Origin: Octopus vulgaris
Taxonomy: Eukaryota
Assembly: GCA_951406725.2 (NCBI GenBank)
Contig: OX597828.1
Location: 8,990,001 to 9,054,000, forward strand
Length of the DNA stretch: 64,000 nt
Reading direction: 5' to 3'
A program made the position numbers and the translations under genes. This document shows, in pieces, positions 28,016 through 43,120 of this stretch (the stretch's first letter is position 1; each line of letters starts with the position of its first letter). The notes under the pieces were generated by a model. It saw only the letters and a list, made by a program, of their open reading frames with translations. It searched no databases and was not told where the DNA came from.

Positions 28016-29599
28016 TTTCACTTCCCGAACGTTATACTAATACATCTGTTTGTTGACTACATCACCTGTCTTCGTCTTTTTTTTTTGTGAATTCTTCCCC
28101 TACATTCAAATATACCTGTGTAGGAAAAAGTTGTGTATGTATCAATGAGTCCGTTAAAGCATTATCATTCTTAATACTATAGATGGGTCATGAATGCCAG
28201 CAAACCAACACGAATATCGTACAACGTCATTACCGACGAAAGTTTACTGATTTCTCTGTAAGTTAAGAGATGCCGTGCATTGAATTAAAAAATAGTTTAT
28301 GCTACACCACAGTATCAAACATCGACTTTGAATTTCAGCCCATCTAAAGTCATATTGCGTATCCTAATATAATTTAGGCGTTCGATTGGAGTTCAATTCC
28401 AATGAACTCATTTAGCACTGTTTCTAAGAGTTCCCTACTAATCGATAACAGTGCTGCCTAAGCTGACTTCGGTTTCAACTATATGAACAGAAATTTTGTT
28501 TGCAGTAGGCGTTATTTTGCGTATATGGGCTAGACTATTAATTCATCTTGGCTTCAGTTTTGTGCATAATTAAGAAAAATATGTATTACACATGATCAAT
28601 ATGTTTCCTTGATCTACATAGTATTCATTAGACTGTTTCATGATTCTATGTAATTATGCTTCCTTTGAAGTTATGTTTGGATCATCCAAGCAGAGCGGAA
28701 CGTGCTAGTTTTCGTCTAGTCGGGAGTCGGGGTAAGAACAATGCATATTCGTCTTTAAAATTGTTGGGGAAATAAATGAATAGAAGAGCCAATCAATGTA
28801 ACGATCAATTATGAAATACAAAGAACTTTTATTCTAGGCAAGCAAGCACTTGGGAAGGAAGAAGCAATTCCACAATTCGAGGTCATGAAGGCGGATGAAA
28901 GAGGCACTTACCTTGTCGATGCGGTTGCAAATTTCATGGTTGACCTGACCAAAATCTCACCTGACATATAACTTTTTCTTAAAATTTTCAATACATATTC
29001 ACGTGGAAGACACTTTTTATCACAATGCTATTATAATTCAAATTGTTATTATTATTTCAATTTTTATAGTAACAGTTGTAGCTTCTGTAGTAGTAGCAGC
29101 AGCAGCCGCAGCAACAGCAGCTGTAGTAGTAGACTTATGTACTTTAGTGAACAGAAGTTATGTTGTTAAATAGGATGAATTTGTCTATAAGTTTTCGATT
29201 TAAGTAGAACATGATACATTACTTAATAGATTTAAACAATGGAATATTTCTACAACCTTCATAATTAGGCTTTAAGATTCTGTAAATACATGTATCCATA
29301 TTCTGCATTCTTGCTATTACAATTATTAAATAATTGTAGAACCGCACGTGTGTTGAGTTGCTATTATCATTCGGGAAACCACAACAACTAGTGTACAAAT
29401 TCTGAATAATTTTCTCGTATTGTGATATTTACAGTGGTGTTGACTCCTAGTCGTTACGTATCAGCATATTTTCTTTGTTGGTGGTTAGTCATCTTGGCAG
29501 GTCTATAAAAAGATGAAGTCACAGAAGAAATTAAGGAGGGACAGGGACACAGTAATGTGGAAGGAAATTGCTCTCTCTTCTCTCTCTCTCTGTATGTAT

Positions 29600-29619
29600 A
29601 TATGAGAAATTTAGGAATA

Positions 29620-29656
<37 letters not shown>

Positions 29657-29681
29657 TGGTGCATATATCTATCTATCTATT

Positions 29682-29743
<62 letters not shown>

Positions 29744-29860
29744 TAAACTAGATAGATAGATATATGCACCACTCCACATATATATAGGTATATATATATA
29801 TGTATCTCTCTCTCTCTCTCTATCTCTGTATGTATAAATATATTCCTAAATTTCTCATAT
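29600..29860. repeat. Interrupted ~260-bp foldback centred on (CT)n(AT)n(AG)n
   Basis: 29600-29626 is the inverse of 29834-29860; 29654-29679 is the inverse of 29749-29774. Confidence 0.85.
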
Positions 29861-30165
29861 CAATTGGTAACACATTAATAATAACCGTTGCATGTTCAGA
29901 AAATGAGCACTATTGATATGAATGCAATAATAATGAGGAAAAGAAAAATATGAATAAATTTGTTGGCGTGCATAAGAGCAGTGTTTTATTTAATGGTCTG
30001 TCCTTGAGGCACTGGGTATGATCACCACTTGTAATACGGGTGGCTAAAAACGACTTATAAATTAGGCTCTACGCAGCATTGTTGCTTTGAAATGAGGCAC
30101 CTGTTGTTGCGGCAAGTTTCGTTGCGGCAGATGAAATAAATTTTATGTATCTAATCACGGTATTA

Positions 30166-30464
30166 TCTTTATATATAAAAGTGAAGTTGTGTGTCTGTCT
30201 ACTCCGATTTAGATTCCTAACTACTCCCACATTTTGCGGTGCAGTTTAACCAAAAGCGGGTATCTTATCGTCGTGATTCATATCGAGCCCTTCTGGGTAT
30301 TAGCGCGCGTCTACGATGAGTCTACGATAAAAAAAAAATATACCATCATTTTTCCGCATTATTAATGCATTTTTGGTCGGTTTATATAAGGGAAGTAACT
30401 CTCTAAAAATGTTTATATAGTTATTTCCCTTACAAACCCGAGCAACGCCGGGCGATACTGCTAG
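30166..30464 (+). mobile_element. Non-autonomous Helitron
   Basis: A|TC 5' end, subterminal CCCG-agcaacgc-CGGG hairpin, CTAG|T 3' end, no TSD. Confidence 0.85.
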
Positions 30465-31402
30465 TAACACATAAATGAGTGTTGCATTGTAAATTATTCA
30501 AATAATATACATGACTGTACTTGAGAGATTATTCAAAATGTACTTAGAGATTATTCAAAATGAAACTAAATCGATTAAAAGCGTTTACAGATACAGAAGG
30601 GTATGTAGTCTACTTGAATTCATCAAATCATGTTTCGTTGTGGCGTGTGCATGGCTTCTCGCTGTCCTTCGAGGTTGGTTTATTGTAGATGTTACATCAA
30701 ATACTTTTGTGTCAAGAACGTTCACTCTTTTGCCTTACAGTTTAATTTTTCTCTTGTCTACCTATTTGTGTTTGTTTCTTCCTGCAACGTTATGCATAAA
30801 TCAACTTTGATTATACTCCGAGGTTTAATGATATTACTAAAAATTAAATTCTCATAGCAGATTAGGAATTGCTGTTTGAAATGAGAAAAACAAAAGTCTA
30901 GTCAATGATGTTGATTGAGTCAATGTATCGATCAGAATGAATAAGTGAGATTGAGAAGAATCAGAGAATAAAAATCGAAGTTTTTGAGATCACCGACCAT
31001 GACTAGCTCATGAGCAAATGAGAGTATACACGTAGATGTTGAACCGTTAGAAATAGCAGAGAAGCATCCCAGAAACGATAGTCTACTATTTTCATCAGCA
31101 AAAAATTAATTTGCTAATTCAATTATGTGTACCTATCCTTGCATAGACGAAAGAATTTTCTCGGTGGAATGCTTTTTCACGGATCAACTAGACCATCGCT
31201 CACGGTGTGTTACACAAGAACAGAATTCAGATGTTTTCAATGTAATAATACATATACAAACTAGAAGAACAACGATAGTTTGAGGTTTTCTTTAACTTCA
31301 GTTCAGAACTGATTGGACAAGCCTATAATCAATTCTATACACTTTCAACACATCATTATAGATACTTATAGCTGTATTGTCCCATTTGTCTTTACTACTA
31401 AC

Positions 31403-31604
31403 CGGTGAGCAGATAGAATCGTTAGCACGCCAGGGAAAGTTCTTACCGGTGTTTCGTCTGTCCTGAGTTGAAAGTCCTCCCTCGTTGATTTTGCCTTTCA
31501 TGTTTTCTGAGTAGATAAAAGAAGTACCATTTGAATGCTGAGGTCGACCTAATCAACTTAGCCCCAACCTCAAACTGCTGACCTTGTGCCAAAATTTGAA
31601 ATCA
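31403..31604 (+). mobile_element. tRNA-derived SINE (Meta/MESC-core type)
   Basis: AGAATCGTTAGCACGCC..CTGAGTT..GATTTTGCCTTTCAT..GATAAAAGAAGTACC..CCTTGTGCCAAAATTTGAAA. Confidence 0.75.
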
Positions 31605-33793
31605 CCTTTAGTCAGTAGCGTCTGATTTTAGGGGGCGTTGGCTACTCTATAAGACGAGTCAATTCCACATGTTCATTCTATCACTGATAGTAGATGCAAC
31701 ACGTAGGGCAGCAGTTTGAAGACGAGTAAATTCATTACTTGAAATCCAGTTGAATGATGGGGATGATGCCGTGGATGATAAGGAGAACGGAGAGGAGAAA
31801 GAGGAGGAGTAGATTTGTGTTATTGATGTTCACCTACTGACATTGTTTTTTTATTGTTTTTTTATTGCATAATGCCATTTCTCGTTTAATTTAAAGATTT
31901 TAGAGCTTGGTCTATATTTAGTTGTGTGCATGCGTTCATGCATATGCTGATGAGAATGCATGTATGGTATTCAGGAGTTGTTTAACTAGATAGCCTTCCG
32001 GTTGGTTACTTTGTGTATTGTTTTCTTGGCTCATTCCTTCGATCAATACAATGCAATACAAATAAACAATTGTAGCATCATAGGACTTTATTGTTTGCCG
32101 GATCTATATTATACATATATTAGCAGTGAAATGGTGAGCGGGGTCGATATATTGCCGGATGTTAAGACCTGCAACTATTCAGTTAAGTCTATTTATATTC
32201 AGCGTTCAAAGAATGCCGTCGTCAACCTTGCCTTAGCAACGGGATTCTTAATCGAACCCTAAAATTAACTGAACTCAGTTAAGAAAACTACATAACACTT
32301 AACTTATACTTTTGCTTCAGATAGATTTTGAAATAGAAATTATTGGTCGCACGTCATGTTATACTCATTCCTAACTGTATTGCTACAAATAAAGATATAG
32401 TTTTCTCACTGCATCTTCAATCTAAACTGAGACATATATTTTTTTGCCTTAATTGGTGCTTTAGTAAGGAATTTTGATATATTATCAACTTAGAGGATAA
32501 TATACTACATAGTTCTGCTGTCAAAACTACAGATTTTGTATTTGTACTGAGTTATGAAAACTTCTGCATCGTCTGGAAGATATCCAGAATGCTCATATAT
32601 CAATGTAATTGTATATGATATAAGATAATGCGTCCTACATCTACTAGAGTTGTTTGAATGACTTTGGATATTCCAGACGGGATAAAATGTGTTATGGTAT
32701 CAGATAATTCATGTTATACTTAATAGAAAATATATCGAACAGCAGATGTAGCACCGAGTATTCAATTGACAGAAAGTAGAATAATATCATTTAAAAAGTA
32801 CAGTAATTGATAACGAATATAAGAGTCCTTTACATAAATCTCATATGACTAATGTAATTTATAGGTTTACATAAATTGACGCGTATAAAAACACATGCCT
32901 ATTCACTTTGAAAATATAGGAACACTATGACCATAACATGTAAATGTGATTCCCAAATGGCAAGCAGTTACACAAATCGATTTCCTTGTTGCAGTGATTG
33001 TTTTCCTGTATTTTCATATGATGAATTCATTTTTAAATATAACCGAATGCTAGGCTTCAATTATTATCAAAATGCTTCGTATTAATAAAGAAGTAAAAAA
33101 AAAAACAATTGCTTCGAGATTGAATTGTATTGAAATTAAATAAGACACACGAACTTTGCAATAAGTTAATAAGTCCCTGTCCGTAGTGAGTTGAGCAGAT
33201 CTATGATAAAAGACGTTCCTGACATAACGCGATATCCAACGATTTGTATGGTGTTATCCTCAAGTTCCGGTTGATGTGTGAGTGTAATCTAAGGCGTAGG
33301 AATACCGCGTTGTTTGCTTGCACAGGTAATAAATGTGCATAATATTTTACATAACTTTTTAATAAATAACCTGAAAATAAGAGATGTTCTTTTGCCAGAA
33401 GCAGAAGAATGATAAGAATATGGTATAGGCAGAAAAAATGACATGAACTGCTTTTCACAATGATTGTGATACTTGGTAAACTTTAAAAAAATCTTGTAAT
33501 ACGTAACGAAACAATAAACAACGCTGTGCCTATACTTTAACTTAAAGCAGAAACTGTAAATAATTCTACAATGGACTTCAAGAACTAAAGAAGATATTAA
33601 TTACTTTTTGTATATTGCGAATAATAAGAATTCTCAAAGTTGATATAAGTCAGTTTTAGCTATCAGCAAATGAATGTAATTCGACTAAGATATATCCATC
33701 CACCGTCCATCTAGGCTGCAATCAATTCAACCATCCATCATCCAGTCACACACACATATACGCACGCATATATATTTTTATGTGCGTGCATGA

Positions 33794-33839
<46 letters not shown>

Positions 33840-33857
33840 CACACACACATATATATG

Positions 33858-33898
<41 letters not shown>

Positions 33899-34035
33899 AT
33901 ATATGTATATAAACATGCATATATATATATGTGTGTGTGTATGTAGATATATATATACATTTATACCGACATTCACACATTTTCATATATATGTCTGCAC
34001 GTTTGTACAATCAATCTTACATACATGTACATTTA

Positions 34036-34134
<99 letters not shown>

Positions 34135-34477
34135 GTAAGCTTGTTTGTGATGTGTCTGTGTGTGTGATTATGTGTCTATGCCTGTATGAGAGTGTGTATG
34201 ATATCGGAAATTTAGATGAATTGGTGACAATTTTCTGTATATTTCATGAAAAATGCAATATCATTCACAATAATCAATGCATTGATTACTTACGACATTT
34301 ATACCAGCACCAGAAATGTAATTCCGCCTTCGACTGCATCCGTAGCGAATGTTTTTGACCATTCATCACATATTTTACCATGTTCTTCGGAAATAGGAGA
34401 GATCAATGAAAAATAATTAAATTCCACGCCTTTGTGAATTTAATATACACATTACGGTTAATTTATATTTTCTAGTA

Positions 34478-35213
34478 TACGATGTATGATCAATAAGTAT
34501 CAGGACTGTTGCCATAGTTGCGACGCTGAAGCACGCAGAGTAATGCCGCTTGGCAGATATTAAATTCTGCTGTGCATGCGCATTAAGTTTCAACGTTCTA
34601 GCTCACTTGCGCTGTGTACAGCAATGCTTGGAAGGAAGGTATTTAGCGTGTGAGCGGCGGATTGACCAGGACAGAGAAAGTTGCCGCAGCGCTACCTGCT
34701 CAGAGGCTTACGCAAAGTGTATCGGGATGGATGTATGAGCCGCACACAAGTGTACGAGTGGTTCAGGCGTTTCTAAGATGTCTGCAAACAGCAGGACTGA
34801 GAAAAACATCGCAGATATGCGTGCAACTGTGAGGGCAAATCGTCGGATCACCAAAAAAAAAAAAAAACAAAAAAAAACACAACCATTTGGGTTTCAGTTG
34901 CACACGATATCCTTGATTGTGTCGAGAACGATGAAATATTTTTGAAAACTTTGCGTAAGCCAGTGAGCAGGTTTTGCCAAACTTTTGGCAAAATGTGATA
35001 CAGATTCTCTGCTCAACTTTCTGTCTTGATCAATGCGACGATGATACGCTACACACATTGATTCAAAGCACTGTTGTAAACAATGGAATTGAGCTAGAAC
35101 GTTAAAACTTCGGGTGCATGCACAGCAGTGTTCTAAGTCAATGTGTTTTACTTTGCGTGCTTTAGCTTTGTTACTATGGCAACAGCCAACATACTTATTG
35201 ATCAGACCACGTG
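34478..35213 (+). mobile_element. Mariner-derived non-autonomous element with long (~250-bp) inverted repeats
   Basis: TGATCAATAAGTAT..CTGTTGCCATAGT / ACTATGGCAACAG..ATACTTATTGATCA; internal MSRTQVYEWFRRF. Confidence 0.82.
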
Positions 35214-35292
35214 TATATGTTTACATATCTATATACGTTTTGTCTGATTATCATTCAGTCTGTATGTCAGCCTTTGTGCATATCTCTCTATT

Positions 35293-35345
<53 letters not shown>

Positions 35346-36069
35346 ATCTCTCTCTCGCTCGCTATATATATATATAGCAAGAAAAATGGAGGAGGACAAT
35401 TATTCTCACGTAGTTCAAAAATATTCATATATATTTAAACTAAAAGAAGGAAAATGCACAGAGTTTACCTAGTTGTAATAGTTTTCAAAAAGCGTGAGAG
35501 TGAAATTATTGTAATTTCCTATTTTCTTAAGAAGATTTTAGTCCATATTCTCTGTGGTGGAGGTGGGGGGGTTGGGTTGAGAATGATATGAACCAACAGG
35601 TAGAGAAATCTAAGGAAAGGTAATTGGTGATGGTTAGTTTTTGGGACAGATGGGGTAATTGCTTATTTTGGGGGATAAGTAAATATACAAAAAATGTTAT
35701 TCAGTGAGATGAAATATTTTGAGTGACGTGTATGTGAACATGAAATAAATATATACTGAGGTCATAGTTGGTTTTACGTTCATATTTAGGCGTGTACCTT
35801 ATTTGTCGATAAATATATTTTCTTTATTTTAACTTTATTGTATAGAAGTTGTTTCTTTGGACTGGTTGATGGGGGAAAACTTTGAAGCTTGTTTGGATAT
35901 TACCTGCACATCTCTCTACGTTTTCACTCAACGGAATCTGTCTGTACTGTGGTAAAAGGATCTGTTCGTTATATAGTGCAGTTCTCCTTCATATACATAT
36001 ATGTGCGTGTATGTATGCATACATACAGGTACTTAAATATACAGCCACTCACACTCATATATATATATA

Positions 36070-36446
36070 CTAGCAGTATCGCCCGGCGTTGCTCAGGTTT
36101 GTAAGGGAAATAACTATAAAGCATTTTTAGAGAGTTATAGCCAAAAAATAGCAAAAAATGGGAAAAAATTATGGTAAATTTTTTTTTAGTTAAAAAAGGT
36201 GGAGTTGCGTCCCCTAGACAGTTTGCGGTTTGTGTTTCTGATTCTCGACCCCATGTCGAATTTATCGATTTTTTTCAGAACTGGGGGAACTTTTCAAAAT
36301 ATTCGTTGCGTTAGTTTTGAATTATGACATTGGGCTATGTGTGTGTCAAGTTTCATCAGAATCGGTTGAAAGCCGTGGTCAGGGCGAGGGTACAAGCAAA
36401 CAGACACACAGAAACACGCACAGACAAACTGCCGTTTATATAGAGA
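36070..36446 (-). mobile_element. Non-autonomous Helitron
   Basis: Minus strand A|TCTCTATATAAA...hairpin...CTAG|T; last ~65 bp nearly identical to the 30166-30464 element. Confidence 0.85.
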
Positions 36447-36721
36447 TATATATATATGGATCTTTACCTTTTGACCTACAGATTTAAAAATTTATTTTTT
36501 GTAACTAGACACTTTCAAACTTCGGACACTGGTTGAATGTGTCATATAAAACATCTTTTACTCTTAGCATTTCCGAGAAAAACTTATATTTACGAAATTA
36601 TTTCAGGTTAAAGTTCTCGTATTTCGGTAATTTCAACCAATCAATGTCGTGTATTCAGGTGAATAAAATTACTGCTGTTGTTCTTCAACAACAGCTATCG
36701 ACAGAGTATATTTCGTTTGTC

Positions 36722-36769
<48 letters not shown>

Positions 36770-39700
36770 ATATATATAGCACCTCACATATACGGATGCA
36801 TATGCATGCTTGCTCACATGGAATGGATTTAAACTTGCAGATGAGTAAAACTATCTCTGAGAAATTATCTTACCGTAGATGGTAAGGGTAATGTGTGTAT
36901 ACATGCACACAATTATACATGCTTCCATCCATCCAAACACACATATAGACATACACACTTACATACATTCAAAATTAAAATCGATAACAATACCGACAAA
37001 ATTATATCCTCCAACCAAATAAAATAGGAACAGAAAAGTACAAGACTTACATAAGATTATAGCAAAGAACGCAACCAAAATTCGTTATTTCTTACTGAAA
37101 AGAGCTTGGTGTGTACAGTGCCTGTCCAAATGGCACGTAGCGTATATTCAAGTTTAATTAATACATTAACATATTTCATATATCGAAAAGTTCACTAACA
37201 TACTTAATTTTGTAGGTTAAGCAGCGCTTACCAACTATCCTTATAATATTATTGAGAAAAAAATACAATTTAACTTTGATCAACAATTGCAGTGAAGACA
37301 ACTCCAGGATTTAATGAAATTGTATTTTATTAAAAACTATCACTCTCATAGTGAATTTGTAATAAACGACGAACAGTTACATAATATTTGATGAAAACCT
37401 AAAATTTGTTTTATCGTCTGGTGAAAGAAAAAAGAATGGAGCCAGGATGTTAACTTTTGGTATATATGTTATTTTTATTACATTAATTTTCGTTGAATTT
37501 TTGCAGATATTTTATTTAATAAGACAAATTAAAGATAAAAAGATACATTTGTATGGTCTTCATTAAGTTTTGTGTTATTTTATATTTTACGTTAAATTTG
37601 CTGAAGGCACTGAATGACTGAATTCTAACATTTAATTTTTCGTAAACGTAAGACTAATGGGCAGACAATGGCAGTGTAATTTGACAACTATATTTATATA
37701 CCGACACATACCCATGCGCTCGCTTATACATGCGTATGCACAATCTCGACCATATGCACTACACACACACACATACATATATATATACATTTTATATGTG
37801 TATGTATATATTTATATATATATAATATATATGTATGTATATAGTTATAGATTCAAACATATTGAGACACACATATATATACATACATGCATATATATAT
37901 AAACTTTTTACAAATTATATTTCTTGTGATTGTATACTTGAATCATAGATTCATAACAACGTTTTCATCAAATAATTTGAAATTACAATGTTGTATATTT
38001 AATTATTTCGAACTGAGACATATGTTCCACAGCTGTTACACTCCTATTGTAATTGCTTTTCTTTTTCTCCATATGTTTTACAATTTATCAATTGAATCAT
38101 TAATAGGTCAGTATTGATTAAATTACCAGTATGGAAGTGTGTAGGAGGTTTGGAATATCAGCGTACTTGGTGTTGATTGGGGACCCCCAATGCACTCAAT
38201 ATATTCTAATGCGACGAATATTAAGTAAATAATTAACTGAGAATTTTTAGGAAAATATGTAACTTATATCGCTGGTGCTACAACGTATCGAACGAGCTGA
38301 ATGAAAACCTATAGCTTACTGCTACCATCGCCGCTGTCATCATCGTCATCGATTCGTCTTCGACATCCTTGTTGTCGTTCTCGTTGACTTTGTAGTCGTT
38401 ATATGCTTCGTCCCCGCTGTCGTCTTTGACATTGTAATTATCATCAGCAGTTATATCATCATCATTACATCGTCTATATTTATCTCTTTAGTATTTTTGT
38501 AACTTGGGTTTCAGCAGCTACGTTGCCCACTCAGTCTTTCACAGTTCTTTCACAGAACTGATCCTACATAACAGCAGCAAATATTGTATTTTCGGATGTT
38601 CGGAAACATAGGAATGTGTGTGTGTTTGTGTGTGTGTGCACGTGTATGTGTGTGTATGTACATGTGTTTGTTTGAGAGAGTGAGTGTGTGTGTGCTTACG
38701 TACACGATGTTTGTGTGTATATGTGGTGTATGTGTTTGTGATGTAACTCATTAAGTGAACTGCAAGCTCTTTTGGGGAAATATGCGATCAAAGACTTCTG
38801 TATGCATATCTGTGACCACGTTTCATCGAGTGATCGTCAGGCTGATGTAAATTTTATAATTTCTTTTGTTTTTATTGCTTTTATTACAGCTTTTAGTCTA
38901 GTAATACTTCATGGTTTCATTGCGTTACTGAAGTACATTAATTCAGATTTGAAGGTCCTGCACTATGCCTCCTCATATACAAAAGAATCTGACAATTTAA
39001 AGATAAAATATACCCTTTATAAATCACCGTTGACGAAAGCATGTTGTAACTCTTTAAAATTGTTTTATTTGCAATCATGAATTTCTGTGGATTTTCGATT
39101 TAAAAATCTAATGTACTCTTCACGTAATTTTGAAAGACCTGCATTTTTATATACTCTCATTTTAACGTAACTCGCTCCGTGGTTTATATTACATCTACAC
39201 ATGCCAGTGGAATTTTCAGCATTTATAGGATAATTCCTTAAGGCGGACTTTCTATTGATAGAGAAGTTGTGTCGGTCATTGTGGAAATGTCAGAAATCCA
39301 TAGAACATCACCTTGAATTAGACATTTAAACAACCTTAAACTCGATCATGATCCCATACATTCCTTACCAATAGCATCCTAGCGATTAGCAACGTGTATA
39401 TTCTTCATTATACATCGTTTATTCTACGTAAGTGTATATTTCTAACAGTTTGGCTGTTCTTTCTTTAGATATTTGGTTGTTTTGTTATCAGTAACACGAA
39501 CCACAAGCAACCAAACATGCACATAAGGATCCAGAGCAACTAGATTTTAACCCGAAAGGAAATTATTATTAAATCCATGATCATTAGAAGTGTCATATCA
39601 AATATTATATTAACCCATGATTTATACGAGTATGTGTCAATGATTGTAAACGAAAGTAAATGTTATATGAGGTATATCACGACATTATTATACGAGTGTC

Positions 39701-39844
39701 TGAAGTATATATTTTGAATGAGAATACACATACGTAATACCATAATCTGTACACGTTTATGGAACAGCAACGAATATATGTGCATGTGTGTTTGTGTATA
39801 TATATATATATGTGCATGTATATATGCATGTATGTATACACACA

Positions 39845-39943
<99 letters not shown>

Positions 39944-40532
39944 AGATTGACAAAGATATGTATAGAGAATTATGTATAACTTTCAGGAGATATTACGTTC
40001 AGTTAACGAAAGTAGCGCGATTATTAATACGAGTGTCACATCTAATAAATCTTAAGAAAGCCAATTTCTTGCGGCCGTGCCTAAAAGGATCACTCTGCTA
40101 AATAGAATGTAAGCGTGTAAACCGAGAGATTTAACTACAACGTTATTTTTAATACAAAGACGCAACTAAATTCGAATTATTTTAAGTATTACTAGCACAT
40201 TCTACTGCAATGTGATTTGGGATGCATATTTCTTCACTACAATAAATTGCAATTAATAACTTAGCTTGAAATCTTGGAAACAAGAGTTTTTATCTACACA
40301 CTTATATTTTCTCATATACAAAAGACAAAAAAAAAATCGTATCTAGTTCTCACGGACTAAAACTAAATATCTGCTGAATAAATTGACTGTCTAGAAACGG
40401 AACACTTTCATAAGCATAGGCCACAAATGCAAGTAACACGTTCACAATGCTTTATTAGTATTTTAGACTTCAAGTCTAGGAATAGTTATGATATTCAAAT
40501 AGATGTTACACAAAGCACTGACGAACGCCATT

Positions 40533-40595
<63 letters not shown>

Positions 40596-40634
40596 ACGCA
40601 GACACACACACATACACGCACATACACTTATATA

Positions 40635-40693
<59 letters not shown>

Positions 40694-40701
40694 CACTATA
40701 A

Positions 40702-40825
40702 ATAAGGGTATCTCAGAGATACCACCATGCCGAAATGACAGTCAAGATCCCGACTGAACATTTCAGGGGATTCTTGCAGTCTTGACTGCTATTTCGGTAT
40801 GGTGGTATCTCTCAGATACCCTTAT
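40702..40825. repeat. Foldback with 46-bp arms and a 32-bp spacer inside (TA)n
   Basis: ATAAGGGTATCT...GTCAAGA (40702-40747) / TCTTGAC...AGATACCCTTAT (40780-40825). Confidence 0.8.
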
Positions 40826-40968
40826 AGTTTTAAATAATTATTACCTTTGTGTGGTATTTATTCCCATGCTGACCACTTGATAATATCGATATTTAAATAT
40901 CGATATTATCCTTATTTATAAATTTATATATGTATATATATATGTGTATATATATATATATAAACATT

Positions 40969-41082
<114 letters not shown>

Positions 41083-41698
41083 AGGAGTTTTAAATAAGTC
41101 TCATCATTGGTTCTTTAGTGTTTTCCCTAGAGTGTCATAAAAACTTTCTCAGTAAGTAATTTTCAAACACATTAGCTTCAGTAAGGGATCATATGGTATT
41201 CATGCTAATGTATCTCATTATGGAACTGTTTAAACAAAAACAAGATCTCGACGACTATGTAATGGAGTTCTAAAGCCACATAGGTTAACAGTAATTGCAT
41301 ACTTATTACTGTAACATCAAAATAGTTGTAAGTTATAAGTGTGTCTCAATTACACATTATTATTGTTCGGTTGTACATGCAATGTTTTTAAAAAAAATGG
41401 AACACAATGCCTACGGTGCATAACTATGATTATATCCGGGATTCTTCTGGATGATCTTCAAAAACAAAGAATATTAAAGAATCCGCATACACACTCACAT
41501 AGTAACAGTTTACATATTATAACAGATAGAGGTAAAAATACACAATGATATGTTCTATAGGACTTGAGCAAACACTGCATGTATTCTCAATTCAGGATTA
41601 TTCAGTGTGATTATTTTACTTTCAGACATATATGTTCTAAATGGAATCTATATGTGTGTGTAAGTGTATATATGCATACATACATATAACATGCATAA

Positions 41699-41748
<50 letters not shown>

Positions 41749-42676
41749 TTATATATATATATATTATCTAATTATATATACACACACACATATGTGTATG
41801 ATGTGTATATATATACATATATATATATCTAATTATATATATACACACACATATGTGTATGATGTATATGTATATGTATATGTATATATATATATAAGTA
41901 TATGTATGTATGTATATATATATATATTTATTTATTTATTTATTTATTTATTTATATAATGTATTATTTATACAGAGCTTCATATATGGCTATTTCGTAA
42001 TCATCACATAAACACTAGCGTTGATACATATTTTTTTTCTTTTACTCTAAGTAAAATAGGGACGTAAATATCATATCGACAAAAATTGCCGACCTTCTTC
42101 GTTATATAATTCGACAAATGAAAATTACACGCCACAACTGATAGAGACAAAATGTTATACATAATCTATATTTGTAAACGAACAATAATATGAAATATTC
42201 ATGAAAAACAAAATACAACAAATGCACCCTACGGAAAACGCGCTAAACTGATATTAATAGAAATGGACGTAAAAAGTATATTTTATTTATATAAAATAAG
42301 GATAATGACCACAATGATTACTTATCTACCCCTATTCACATTGTGAAGCAGTGTAATTTTGTACATCCTGAAGATAACATCTCTTTGCTGTTGGCATAAT
42401 TTACTTAACTTATGTTTAGTTATATATAGGGTTAGGTCTGATAGTGAAAAAATTATCTTGTTGGGGTTAAATATTATCGGGCACAATTACATATATACAG
42501 TAGTCATAGCTTTTTCTCTTCCGTTGTTTGTTCTATAATCTAAAAGGAATAAGTTTATGTGTAATCTTCGGTACCAACCCAGAGAAATATACGTATGTAA
42601 CATTAGTGGGGCGGCATGCATTGAGGTTCTAATATACACCAACGGAAATTACAGAGAAAGTGAGGGCCTCTATACG

Positions 42677-42719
<43 letters not shown>

Positions 42720-42802
42720 TCGCACATATGGCTTTGTAGTATCACAAATTTGAACAGTGTAGCATTTTGGTTAAGGCTTTGCTTCGCAAGTACATGGACG
42801 AG

Positions 42803-43120
42803 TGAAGGCGCGTGGCTTTAGTTAGGACATTCGGCTCACGATCTTAAAGTCGAGAGTTCAATTCCCGGCAACGCGTTGCGTTCTCCAGCAAGACACATTA
42901 GTTTACGTTGCTCCAATCCACTCAGCTGGCAAAAATGAGTAGTAACTGTATTTCAAAGGGCCGGCCTTGTCAAGGTCTGTGTCACGCTGAATCTCGCTGA
43001 GAACTACGTTAAAGTTACACGTATCCGTGGAGTGCTCAACTACTTGCACGTTAATTTCACGAGCAAGCTGTTTCGTTGATCGTATTAGCTGGGACCCTCG
43101 ACGCTGTGACCGACAGAGCT
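42803..43120 (+). mobile_element. tRNA-derived SINE (CORE-like body)
   Basis: GGCGCGTGGCTT..GAGTTCAATTCCC (A/B-box-like), GCAAGACAC..TGCTCCAATCCACTCAGCTG. Confidence 0.78.

Noticed and set aside
28905-28965. Minus-strand micro-exon candidate with an AAG|GTAAGT donor
   Set aside because: Poor acceptor tract and no homology; expected by chance in 64 kb
31946-31976. CTGATGA followed by GAAT..ATTC
   Set aside because: Lacks the GAAA box
41767-41870. ~61-bp tandem duplication
   Set aside because: Simple slippage in low-complexity DNA
42803-42870. tRNA-like A/B boxes
   Set aside because: SINE head, not a cloverleaf tRNA gene
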